A stretch of 64,000 bases of DNA from Rhodosorus marinus CCMP1338 (taxonomy: Eukaryota; Plantae; Rhodophyta), in contig JAMWBK010000002.1 of assembly GCA_029953675.1 (NCBI GenBank), positions 1,426,001 through 1,490,000 on the forward strand, given 5' to 3'. Below are positions 48,077-59,774 of the stretch, piece by piece; the stretch's first letter is position 1; the number at the start of each line of letters is the position of its first letter. The notes below the pieces were generated by a model that had not been told where the DNA came from, did not search any database, and saw nothing but the letters and a program-made list of their open reading frames with translations. The position numbers were made by a program, and so were the translations under genes.

Positions 48077-50038
48077 TCAAGTCATGCCTGAACAGACAAC
48101 TCCGTTGACTGCCCCGTCACTTTGAAGAAGGAAGGTTTGCTGTCCAGGACAGTAAGAAACCATCTGTGGGTTGGAGAATTTCAGCGGAGCGTACACAATG
48201 AACGAGAAAATGGAGTACCCGACAAAACCCGTAAACAAGAGAGTTATTCCCCATCCAATAAATATGTACACAAACTGCCTCCAGTTCACTGTATTCCCTC
48301 GGAATTCCGCCAAACCAACCCCCATCGTGGCCCCAACTTGGCAGTGCGTGGTCGAGACTGGTAGCCCAAGGGCTGAGGCGGTCAGAACTGTCAGGGAAGC
48401 TCCAATTTCAATTGCAAAGCCGCGGGAAGGTGTGAGCTTGGTCAGCTTTTCTCCAATAGCAATGATAACCCGGTAACCCCACATGAACAAGCCAACCACA
48501 ATACCCGCAGCGGCGATAATTAAAATCCACCATTGCACAGTCTGGTCCGTCTCCACATAGCTATAATAATTTCCTGGGTTACACTCTGAATAGCATGTTG
48601 CCTCCTCACCCGTTGCAACTCCGCTCGAGTTGTACACAGAGAACACCGCCGGGTCGTTGCTCTGGTTCGGCTGCAAGTAGGCGAACCTTGCTGTTTCCAG
48701 GCACTGATAGAAACTAGTCCCTTCGCCGAAGCTAGTACCGTTTGTGCCGCAAAACGTATTAGCGTTCGGCACCAAGTCATTTCTCGCATACGACTCCCCG
48801 TCGTAGTCCCCTCCCTGAAACGAGCCGTCGGCATCGAATTGGTCCACCCGTCTCTCACTAAGCGCGCCGTTATTCCCGTAAAGGGATATGATAGACGCGA
48901 ACGGCGCGGCTGCGTTTGCGACATCATTTGCCCCATGCGCAAACGAATCAAAGGACGCTGTGAACACTTGCACCCAGGAAAACAGTTTCTCTGTTTTCTC
49001 GTCAAAGACCTCGACGTTGTCATGGAGAGCCTTGATCTCATCTGACAGTTCCTCCTCTACTAAGACGTTCACACCAACCTTGCGAAGGACACTCATCACT
49101 TTCGACTGGTGCTGGAAGTCCGTCGACTGGTGGATGTCCATGAGCATTTGATTTTCCCAATGGATGAGACTCTTGCGCAGAAGAGGATTCAAAATGAACC
49201 AGGTCACTGCTGCTGCTGCAAACCCTACACCAATAGCAATACCGACCACCATACCAGCGTCGAGCTTTCCATTCACATTCTCTTCAAACGGTCCCTTAAA
49301 CATAATAAAAAATACAACCAGCGCGGAAGCAATACCGTAGAACAGCGGTCTGAAGAGAAACCCACTTCGAACAGGATTCTTCCTCCGAAAAACCGTGAAC
49401 CTAACGAAAAGGAAAAATGCCAGGCCAACGATTCCCGATAGAACCGGTGAGACAATCCACGCTACTATAATTCCAACCACTCCAGACATCTTCTCCAATC
49501 CTTCACCAGTACCAACCCAAATAACAGCGCTCGGTCCCCCAAAACTAAGCCCTACCCCGATCAACGCTCCCACGATGCTATGCGTGGTTGAAACAGGCAG
49601 AGACTTTGACGTAGCAAGTATTAGCCACAACGTCGCGGCGATAAGCGCAACAAAGAAGGAGACCATGAGCACCTCGGGGCCGTTCAATACACCCTCTGGA
49701 AAGTTAGGATCGTAAAGCGGAATTCGTAGAATCTTGCTCCTTACTGTTAATGTCACCCTCGCCCCTAAAAGCAAGGCCCCTGCAGATTCCATCACAGCTG
49801 CAATAATACAAGCCCAGAACAAACTGATTGCTCCTGAACCAACCGACGTAGCAAAAGCATTGGCTACGTCGTTCGCACCAATCCCCCAAGCCATTACGAA
49901 CGACACTAAACCAGCAAGCACTACAATCCAGACATAGGAGTCGACCGTCGGAATGCTCACTGGACCCTCCAAGAACAGATCCGTTACCGACGGCGGCCAT
50001 GATATCTCCCCAGGAGGAGAAGTCACATACTGACTCAT
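48077..50038 (-). CDS. PiT/SLC20 (PHO4-type) sodium-phosphate symporter
   Basis: Intronless 653-aa ORF with both PiT signatures (GIGANDVANAFATSVGSG and AHGANDVAN), LPVSTTHSIVG, TPSRGF and PVSTTHCQVG. Confidence 0.96.
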   Translation of the reverse strand: MSQYVTSPPGEISWPPSVTDLFLEGPVSIPTVDSYVWIVVLAGLVSFVMAWGIGANDVANAFATSVGSGAISLFWACIIAAVMESAGALLLGARVTLTVRSKILRIPLYDPNFPEGVLNGPEVLMVSFFVALIAATLWLILATSKSLPVSTTHSIVGALIGVGLSFGGPSAVIWVGTGEGLEKMSGVVGIIVAWIVSPVLSGIVGLAFFLFVRFTVFRRKNPVRSGFLFRPLFYGIASALVVFFIMFKGPFEENVNGKLDAGMVVGIAIGVGFAAAAVTWFILNPLLRKSLIHWENQMLMDIHQSTDFQHQSKVMSVLRKVGVNVLVEEELSDEIKALHDNVEVFDEKTEKLFSWVQVFTASFDSFAHGANDVANAAAPFASIISLYGNNGALSERRVDQFDADGSFQGGDYDGESYARNDLVPNANTFCGTNGTSFGEGTSFYQCLETARFAYLQPNQSNDPAVFSVYNSSGVATGEEATCYSECNPGNYYSYVETDQTVQWWILIIAAAGIVVGLFMWGYRVIIAIGEKLTKLTPSRGFAIEIGASLTVLTASALGLPVSTTHCQVGATMGVGLAEFRGNTVNWRQFVYIFIGWGITLLFTGFVGYSIFSFIVYAPLKFSNPQMVSYCPGQQTFLLQSDGAVNGVVCSGMT

Positions 50039-53000
50039 CCCTCCTCAACCTCCCCAAACACTCCGTTAACCACCCACCCCACCTGTAACCCCAGCACCAA
50101 CGTCCTAGATCAAACAGTGAAGAGGCCTTGCCATGCTCCAGTTCATGTAGTGATACGCGAGCAAAACCGCCCCAGACCTCCACGCCCTCGGACCGGCCCC
50201 ATCACGAACCCCACCAATCCCAAAAGCTCAGCCCAGCTCTCACAACAACGCCAAGCTCATTCCTCACCCTCCCACCCAACAAAACCACAATGAAACTAGT
50301 TCCTCTCCGCCCTTTCCCTTCCACGACAACTGACTTGATTCCCCTCAACCACAACGTATAGCTAGAAGCAATCGCTACGAACAAGCGTCCAAATTTATTC
50401 CAGTCAAAGCAACAAGGTCTCCATCTCTAAGACCACATCCAACATCCCACATCCCACGTCTGCACCTTCCAGATTGTGTCCCAATACTTATCCAGAATCT
50501 GCTAAGGGCGCGCGATTATGAGAGTTAATAAAATGGACGAGAGGGAAAGCTACTGCTTTTCAGCTCTTACAAAATAAGCTGAGCTCTTTGCAAGAATCTC
50601 AACTCCCCTCGAACGTGAACAGGATTTCTGTCTACAGGAATTGATATTCTTACCAGCTTCGTCTGACCCCTCAAAGTCCCTGAAGACGAAGAGCTTGAAG
50701 AGGTGCGCACTCAACGCAACAAACAGGATGAAAAGCCGAAGAGAACACCAGAGATCTTTCCCCACTGAAAGGAAACCCCTATGAAAAAACCGATGTCATT
50801 TTCCATACCCCTTCGAGTTTTCATTCGCGTCTGTGGCCCCGGTCTGCTAAATAAATGAAATATCTTTAATTAGTTTATTGAAAATGTTTAGGACGTTGAT
50901 TGCTATTAGGGGTAATTAGACCCGTACTTTGGAGTTGTGCGTTTTTTTCTCACTAGGGGTACTAGTATATTGCACTTTCCACGCGGTTTTCGCATTTTAG
51001 CAAAGAACGGAAGGTATGGGGGGGGGAAGGATTCATTATATTCTCAACGGTCTCGCAATTTTATATTCTCTTTTTAATTTTCGGCGATAATGCAGCCACT
51101 CTTTCAGGGGTTGAATTCAATTTGTCACCAGGAGGACCTCCTGAAGATTGAATATTGAATATTCGGTTTGCCCATGGCATCGATTCTGTCTATAACTAGC
51201 CTTAATAAGTCCTTTCTCATGATTAAGAACCACGGTATCAAGTTATGGTAAAAATAACCTTGACTTGTCTATATATACGATATACTATTCTAAAAATACA
51301 TAATTAGATTACCACAGGAACGCGGGGTAGGTACCACTCGAATCGCGGCTGACATTTCTTCGATTCAAGTTTAGGAAAACATTTCGACAATTGATTTTCT
51401 GGCGTCGAAAATGTGGTTCTTTGGGGGGGGGGGAAGGTTCTCCATGCATTTTGTAGGTGGGACCTTGGGCAGTACCGGCGCGGTCGGGCAGCAACTGTAC
51501 TAAGAAATTGTTGCTGCCATTTTGCACAAGCTGGAAGTGGTTCGGTATGTAGACTATTTGTAGAAAAGTTCCATGCATCTTGAGAGGATTTTTGTGGGCC
51601 AAATCGGTTCCTCTAAGGTAACTGCTCGTCCCCTGCTCAAATAGTTGGAGTGTTTGTCTTTGTCCTTGATTTGCAAAGCTGTCGTTAGACATGTCTCGAG
51701 GTAATGAGTTCTGCATGACTGTCCTTCATGATTAGCAATGATTGAGGCTGATTTCGATCTGGCCCAGGAAGAGCCTGGTCTTTGCGGCCGTCAGACGGTG
51801 ATTTGCTCATGGATCACGAATTAACTGGAACGCGGACCTGATGGGCACCATTATAACCTCTCTCACCAGAATTATTCACCTGGTTTTCCTTCTCCCCTCA
51901 TTGCCGGACCCAAAATGGGCAGGCCGTTGGTACTAAACTGACAAGCAAAGCGCTCTTCGAAGTGAGGGTTTTCCTGGGTCTGAAGACCCCGGAGCTGTGC
52001 ATATGATTCAGTACTCAAGTATTTTTTAAATATCTGAGATCTTCGGACTAGGGAAAGCTTTGGAAAACTGGTGAAGTCGACACGGTCGGACTTTGCAAGC
52101 CGAAGGGACCATGTTGGCCCTTAAAATTTTTGGGCGATATAAACCTGAGCACCTCTGTTACAGTCAACAAGAAAGGAGAAGCTTACTGGACCCGGCGAGA
52201 CAGTCTGAACCGGTCGTGGCAGTGAAGGATTCTAAGAATAAGATCGGATGCGAGACAAAGGATACTTACGTTGGTTGCAGTGACAATAAGGTAGTCGATA
52301 CAAAGCATGGTCTGTGAAGGAATGGCTAGAATCTATGAGAGGGCATCAATGATGCGGCGCACTAGTTGTGTGTGTTAGAGGCTAGGGTATGACATGTGGA
52401 CGGAATTGACTTTATGTCGGACAGCTGCCGCAGGTCGTAGCTGACCCGTTCTCGGCAGCGCTCTGTATCTGTGCACGGTCTTGGACAAGCCAGAATCCTG
52501 TTGAGACGCTTCCCTCTCCGCGGGCCGATCACTTATCAGCTTGCAGCGTCCTAGGCGCATACGGAACGTCTATATTCAGCATGTGCGCGTACAACAACTA
52601 CCTCAGACGCAACTATGCCGTCAGTCCTTATACCAACTGACGCACCTTCTAAACAGTGCAATAACGATTTAACAGATCTTGACTGGTCGCCGAAGTCCTT
52701 GAGATGCTTCGGTATACGAACCTGCTTGATTTCTTGTCCAACCGAGTCCCAGACCCACCCGCCGATCCCAAAACGAAACTCCTAGCTTGTGAACAGGATC
52801 CTCCTGGTGGGAGATTCGTCCAAGTGCTTATGTTCCCGAAGAGCTGCCTAAGTTAATCACAATTACGCGCTTTTCTACTAGTGGCTTTGTTTGGATGTGG
52901 TTTCCCATTACAATCCCTCCCTCACTACGTCCCATGAGAAAGATCCATCCACCTCTCTTTTATCAGCGGGCAGTTGGTGAAGAAGATGGACGAGCTTCGT

Positions 53001-53172
53001 TTCGTGGGGGAAACCGATGGTTGTATTGAACGATTTGTATCTTATTTCGGCTTTATAGCCTTTGATCAGCATTTGCCTCAAGGTTTTTAATGTAGCAAAG
53101 CCGCTTGGAACTACAGAATCTGTTTTGGTGGTGATCGGATCTCTTGTACATGAGTTCTAAGGTATCGATGCT

Positions 53173-55235
53173 ATGGCGTTCGTTGGCGATGTGGAGGGTG
53201 TTTTGAACAAGAACATTGAAGAGAGTGAGGATCATAGTTTAATTTCTGGGATTCGTTTGTTCCAGGAGGAGCATGGAATGGGTTCGGAAAGGGTTTCTCC
53301 AGCAATAGCGATGCTGGCGGATATGGGAGTTCGGAGGGAGGACGTATTTAAGATTCTGGTCGGTTTGTTGCGAGAGGCTTTGGTCTCTGAAGCATCGACC
53401 GCGCAACTGGATAGCATAAATAATCTTTTCGGAGATGTTTTTGATAGTCTACTGGAGAAGCCGGAGTTCAGCGCCATCCCAATCGCCGTACTTGAACGCC
53501 AGACAGTAAGCTTTCAGACACAGCCCGAAGAAACTCAGGGGCTACCCTCCTGTTCTCTGGCTCCTTACCGCGTCAGTGTTTGCTTCGAAATAGGTAATAT
53601 CCGAAAAGCAGGTGAAGATTCTGGCGAAGAGTGCTCCGAATGGGAAACCATACACAGACCTATCCTTTTCGCTTAAGCAAAGAATCTGGGCTTCTGAACC
53701 GGACGTCTATAGACGGGTACGAATGAGATGAAACAGAGCAGGCGGAGCACCAGCTTATATTATAGTGTGACCATTCTGACATCGCTCCATTCCGCATTGC
53801 TTCAGGAATTGCTGCCAGTACTCGCTCGCCTGTCCCAAGACCAGTATCTGTCAGGCAAGGTCGTTCAGTATACGCTCATGGATGCTACGCCCGAGCTGGA
53901 TAAGAGTCGGCGTGAAGAAAACGCCGATCTGAGAACCATCCACAACAGAATTGGTTCAAACGAGAAGCTCTTAATTTCCACGCTCAGAACTATTCGACAT
54001 CGGTTCATGGAGACGGGAAGCACGGCATTCTGCAGTGTCATGCTCGACGTCATTTTCATGTCCCAGGAGGTAGGCAATCAACCCGCTTCAGCCTCAACGT
54101 GCATCTTGGAAGCATGAACTGCCAAGGTGGCCTAATTCCCTTCACAACTGAGACTTCCTTTTCCCCCAGAGTGGGAACTTCGAAAAGCTGAATGCAGATT
54201 CATCAACAAGGTTTGCAAAAGCTTTGTCTGATCTTAAGCAGGCGTCACCGATAGAGGCCAGTGTCAAAGACCTCAAATCCCAGGCGGAGAAATCCGTTTC
54301 CGAGGGCAGCGATACAATAGCAATCCTGTTAGGGTCCGTAACAGCGGTCACAGAGTTGTCTACTCTCCTGCTCATCCACCTGGATTCCTTGGCTAGGAGC
54401 GAAGGTGCGCTTGAACCCCAGTTTCGAACCGAACTGTACTTCTTTTAACACAGTAGCTGATTGCTCGATACCGTCTGTGGATGTGTTGCAACTCTATCCT
54501 TTCGGAATAGGCGAAAAGTTGAGGAAGACAGTTGTACTGGACGATTATACCAGGGACCTGTGCTATCTTCTATACTTGGTAAAATCAGCCAACCAATCCC
54601 CGTGAAGCGGAGTCTGTTTCTTTGCATAGTTGCTGACCTCGATCCTGCTACTGGTTGCTTCTCGTACTTGTCAGGGACTTGGTGTGAGAAAGATGACGAT
54701 TGAAAAGTCCTTTACATTTGAGGATGACTCTGTGCTTTCTGCTCAATTGACGATGATAGCATGTCTGATGTTGGACGATATACATCGAGAACAAGCGTCA
54801 GGTGAGAACTCTCTCGTCTAGTTTTGCGTATGCTAGGTGTCGACGTTCCGTTTCTTCCATGGCTTAGCTTGGAAGCCGCTGCTATTTGCCTTTCCGTTCG
54901 ATGCAGATGACGCTGATCTCCCGGATGAGAGACTGCAAAAGTTTGCCAAAACCGCCCAATTTTTGCAAAGGCTTCTGTGTTCATACGCAATCAAACTGTT
55001 CAGGTTCGATGACGGTAGGATTTTTTCGCAATATCTGAACGTTGCTCGAAATCCTCAGCTTTCGTCCGCTCAAAAAGCTCTTGACCTTCATGTTCTGTTC
55101 GTAGTCGCCGGCGTATCGAGACTGCGGAAGCCTCTCGAGTACGTCTTCATAGGTTCTGCCAATGAGACACGGGAAAGGCATGTCTCTGAATATATGCTTG
55201 GGTTCATCAGTACGGACAGCTACTACATGGACTAG
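53173..55235 (+). CDS. NELFB: Negative elongation factor B (COBRA1) homologue; multi-exon
   Basis: Collinear similarity to animal NELF-B across the exons: GIRLFQEEHG..SPAIAMLADMGVRREDVF, LKQRIW, RREENADLRTIHNRIGSNEKL..IRHRFMETGSTAFCSVMLDV, DSSTRFAKAL, IAILLGSVTAVTEL..HLDSLARSE and MIACLMLDD. Confidence 0.8.
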
Positions 55236-56022
55236 AGCCGCACGCGGATATTGTCGTCTCCGACAGGTTCGGATAGCCACGACCACAACCATGGCTGATC
55301 AAATACCCTCTCTTTTATAGATTTAATTTATTGTACGACATAGCTGAAGACTTCTGAAGCAAAGAGCATGAACAAGTACCAAACCACCATCTCAGTCCCT
55401 CGCTCCGTGGTCAAGACCCACCACATCGGGGAGGCTGGGCAACTGGGTAACACGCGGGGGAAATGGGGGGTGAAACTTTGTCACCGAACGGAAGCAAACT
55501 AGACTCCAGTCACACCACCCAACTTCACACGCACCCCCAACCTACCGGTGAAGCAAGTTGACAGGCACGGTAGTCAATTAAGGACTAAGGAAGTTATGGA
55601 TATGATCGATTGCAACGAGATCATCGACATGGACTACCATCACAAGTGGATAGAGTTTGTAACGCTCTCTTGTATGAAGAACATAAACGGTTCACCCAAA
55701 CTGTGTGCAACATTGTGTGGGCAACTCTTGTTCTGGGGTTATATCCTTCGGCATCCTAAATTTCCTATGTCAAAACTGACAAAGTGTGTGGCGCTGAGTT
55801 AGTTCGCAACGAACTAACTGAGCGTGACAGAGGGTCATTCACCTATCAACCTGATGTTTGGCTTGACAGTCAACCATCCTGATGCTAACATGAGAGATGC
55901 GGCGGGAGTCCTGTAGCGGATGGAATTTAGAGACGAAAGACGAGAGGAGATGCTGCACCTCTCTTCTCTCTTTCTCTCTCGTTCTCTCTCACCTGAACAA
56001 GGAGATGACCTAGAGCCGGAGG

Positions 56023-56092
56023 TGCGATCTTTGTCAGTGCAGACCTTTTAGGGTGGCGACACTCTAAAAGGTCTCCAGCGACAAAGATGGCA
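56023..56092. other. ~70-nt imperfect hairpin with a 15-bp apical stem and GCGA (GNRA) tetraloop, within LTR-like DNA
   Basis: agaccttttagggtg-GCGA-cactctaaaaggtct at 56041-56074, extended by tgcgatctttgtc / gacaaagatggca. Confidence 0.7.
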
Positions 56093-56349
56093 GGGATCAA
56101 ACCCACTGACTCTATGACAAAAGTCGGTCTAAACTAGACGCGGGGATTGGACACGCTATCCTAATTCACACCCAAAGAGAGTCCATTCTTTTTATCCTAT
56201 TTCCCGCTCCCTGTTTTTCTTCTCTGTCTGCTGCCCAGTGAACTCTTTCAACCCCGTGGTTCACTAATTTCCCCGATCTCCTTTCTGCCTGGGCTCACGG
56301 ACTTTTCACAATTTATCGCCTACCTCACATCTCTTTCTTGAGACGGGTT

Positions 56350-57130
56350 GTTTCCATGCACAACGGTCTGAGCTCGACTATCGAATCGCTTAGGCCGGCT
56401 CTTCGCGCGAAGCAGTTGTCACGAAAACTGGACTTTTCATATCGAACCAGATTTCTCAAGCAAGTTTCATCACTCATCGCCCGCAAAAAAGGATATAAAA
56501 AAACAACAGGGGGCCAAGTGCTGTGCTGTTGCAGAAGTTCGACGACAGAGAGCACCCAATTGCCTATTTCTCCCGGAAGTTCACTGTCACCGAACAGAGA
56601 TATTCAACGTATGAGCAAAAATTATTTGCTTTGAACCTGGCCGTGCTACATTGGCACGCGTACCTCGAAGGAAACCGATTCATGGGATCCCTTGTATAAA
56701 CAGAAAAAGGCATTGGCCGGTTGATGTAGCGCGCCTGCCGTTTGGTAAGCTCCCGTTGAGAGTGGAGAAAACGTAACGGATTATGGTCAGTCCGCACCAT
56801 GAATCGGTTTCCTTCGAGGTACGCGTGCCAATGTAGCACGGCCAGGTTCAAAGCAAATAATTCTTGCTCATACGTTGAATATTTCTGTTCGGTGACAGTA
56901 AACTTCCGGGAGAAATAGGCAAATTGGGTGCCCTTCGTCGTCGAACTTCTGCAATAGCACAGCACCTGCCCCCCTGTTGCTGTTGCTGGTGTCGGTGCAG
57001 ACGACGAATGTCTTCTCGAAATCCGGATTGCGTAAAACTGGGTCCTTCGATAGTTCCGCCCGTAACTTGTCGAATGCTTGGTGCTGGAATTTACTATTCT
57101 TCTTCGTCAGCTCTGTTACTTTAAAAATGA
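56350..57130 (-). mobile_element. Ty3/gypsy pol relic (RT connection plus RNase H), present as two opposed fragments
   Basis: The minus strand reads VTELTKK..QAFDKLRAELSKDPVLRNPDFEKTFVVCTD..(frameshift)..AYFSRKFTVTEQKYSTYEQELFAL..LHWHAYLEGNRFMVRTDHNPL..RQARY. The plus strand carries a second copy of the RNase H part. Confidence 0.92.
56504..56978. repeat. ~180-bp inverted repeat (arms about 56504-56685 and 56797-56978, spacer about 110 bp)
   Basis: The arms are reverse complements over their whole length with scattered mismatches, from caacagggggc..gtgctgtgct to cgtacctcgaaggaaaccgattcatgg. Confidence 0.92.
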
Positions 57131-57592
57131 GCTCTTATCTACATAAGCTTGGTCTCTATCTCCTACGACTCCAGGTTAAACTACATTTATAATCGAATCC
57201 ATGCTTTCACAACACTGATCAGCATCTTGCTTCAGTTCTGGAGGAGCGCTCTCTACTCTCTAGAATATCTCATCCGACGACCTTGAAGGCCTCCGACTCT
57301 GTCGATCTGATCAGGTGCAAAAGCGATAAATGTCTTCGAGGTTGGATGGTATATAAGGGAACAATGGAGTGTTTTGTTTTTGGGGGGGAAGGGAAGGGGA
57401 AGCAGAGTTAATGAGAGATGGAACTCTTAACTATGGTTTTTAACCAGGTGGTTTAGTATGATCGGATGGAACCTTAATTTTTGTTTTTAAGTATTTGTTG
57501 TTTGGTTTGGTTTTTAAGAGAACCGGTTTTGTAAAGGGATCGTATCCGGGCTTCGGGTCTTGGGGCTTTTGAGCTGGATTGGGAGTGGACAA

Positions 57593-58940
57593 ATGCGGTC
57601 GTTTTCAGTTGTTTTACTTGCCTGCGTTTTGGCGTCATGGACCTGGTACGAAGTGGGTGCGTTCGACATGGACGATGTAAATTCTAAGCTGTTTTACCCG
57701 AACAAGGATCACAAGCGATCGCAGCATAAGTATGCGATTTTGCACATGACCAATTCTGTATGGTTTTTCCAGGAGTTATCGAATCTAACACTAGAGAACA
57801 AGCGTCGATATGCCCGCAAATACAACGTGGAGATGATCGTGCATACTCCTTACGAAACAGTGGGTTTGCTGGAGAAGACAAAGGAGGTGAGATGCGATGG
57901 TACTTTACACCGGATCCAGATCTTCAACTTCGCTAATTTTCTCGTTTGATCGGCGTCCTTAAATTCTTGCCAGTGTAATGAGAGCGATGATTATCTCGTG
58001 CGAGTAGGCTCAAATTGCTATTCCCAACTATCAAAAGATTTCGAAATAGATTCTAAACGTGCTCCTACGTTCGGAAAGCTCAAAATGCTGCTTCACGCGT
58101 GTGTCGGTCGAGCCAATTATTGGTTATTGTGGGCAGACGCGGACGCCCTGATAGTAAACCATACTATTCCGCTGGGCAGAATTGTGGACGATCGGTACAA
58201 CATGATGTTCACGGAGGATTGGTTCATGCTGAACGCGGGAGTCTTTCTGATGAAATGTAGTGTCTGGACTGCTAAGTTTCTAAAGAACGTGTATATGGAC
58301 AGATCGTTTGACGAGGTGGGTTTTGAACTTCAAACTTCCTCTTGAGGAACGCCATATGACCTACCCAGCTACTTTTTTCAATGTCCAGGCCCTCGCACTT
58401 GACCAATCTGCCCTACAACATCACATTGACCGACTACCAGCGGAGGACAGAGAAAAGAACATAAAGGTTATTCCAAAACACATAATCAACGTCTACACGG
58501 AGGAGTATAAACCTGGTGACTTCATAGTGCATATGGCCGGCAAGCTTTATGAGGCAACGACCCCAGGAGCCGTGGCGATTGCAAGGCAGTTCGACCTTTT
58601 CTCCTTGCAGAATGATATTGAGAATATTCGAGCTTTCTTTTCAACTCGGTACCTTCTCAACTATTATACTGGATACTGCAAAGTGACGGAGGAGACTTGG
58701 GATAAGGCGTGCTTGCATCCAGACGATCGACGAATGATGATGAAGCAATCCCTTGGAGATTGCTCCAAGGAATCGCGGTACTGGCACACCGTATGGCGGG
58801 ATAAGGGGCGAGACACGCCTTGGACGGATAAGCACGACGTGCCAGGATGGAATGAAGAAACCAGGGACTCATTGCTACGACGGGCCATGAGAGAAGGAAC
58901 AAAGGTGAACGAGGAAACAATCCAAGAGCTCCGGAGCTGA
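57593..58940 (+). CDS. GT34-family glycosyltransferase (GMA12/MNN10/XXT-like); 3 exons
   Basis: N-terminal signal/anchor, LENKRRYARKY, FGKLKML, WLLWADADAL (DxD), LNAGVFLMK, DQSAL and YKPGDFIVHMAG. Confidence 0.88.
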
Positions 58941-59774
58941 AGACCTGAATGAGTAGCACAATGCTGAAAAAATCTACGTAGATCAACGAATCTACTCAGT
59001 AGGAATGTACCTTCAGAATGAAAGAAATGATTCCCTGCTCCTTCCGGAGAGTGAAAAGATTTCGAGGAAATAAAAGTCCGGAGAACGCCACCATTTACCG
59101 GATACTTGTAGCTTCATAAAAGGACTTCCAGTAAGCATGCGAGTTGCTGGTAGAGCCTTGGTTTTGTATACTCCAATGGTATGCGTTCTGCCGTATTGCT
59201 TCGTTCTGGGTGCGCGGCTGGTCGCACTTTTCCGTATGCATGTACCCGCGCAGCTCGGTGGTTTTGCTTATCCTGCTGATGTCCTTCGACCGGGGAACCG
59301 TAGAATATACGTGAAAGGGGAAGACGGCAGTGGTTTGTGATTCTCGTGTTCAAGTCCTGATCACGTTGGAAAACTCTCATTCCGGCCCCGCACGAAATTC
59401 ATATTGTCAGCAGAAGGCGAAGGGGATAGATAAGGATAGGCCAAGGTCTTTATACACAGAACAGTGGCAGTGACTGAAGATCCTTGAGCGCTCTCTGGTT
59501 TGGCTTGTACACTATCTCGAGGTAGGTTCTCACTAGGACAAGGACGCCCAGTTCGGGGTGGGATGATGCGATTCACGCTCGTTGGTGCGGCAATGGAAAA
59601 GTTGCTGTGTGATCTTGCTGCCATTCTGAGGATAGAGTGGAGGAACTGTGTGGTGCGTGAGGCTTGTTCTTAAAAGGAGACATTTCTGCAAGCCGTTGTC
59701 ACCACTTGCCAGCCAGGACTCTGTTTCGCAAGACTTTGACTAGGAGAAAAGTTTAGTTCATACTTTGTTAAGAT

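Noticed and set aside
51309-52850. Several 60-135-aa ORFs in the long PiT-NELFB intergenic region
   Set aside because: No recognisable domains. Likely decayed repeats.
53173-53190. MAFVG start of NELF-B resembling a red-algal transit peptide
   Set aside because: NELF-B homology begins within about 20 residues and the segment is acidic, so it is not a transit peptide.
59114-59624. Two minus-strand ORFs between GT34 and rpl14
   Set aside because: A real ATG exists at 59624, but no family is recognisable and I found no convincing splice. Left unannotated.
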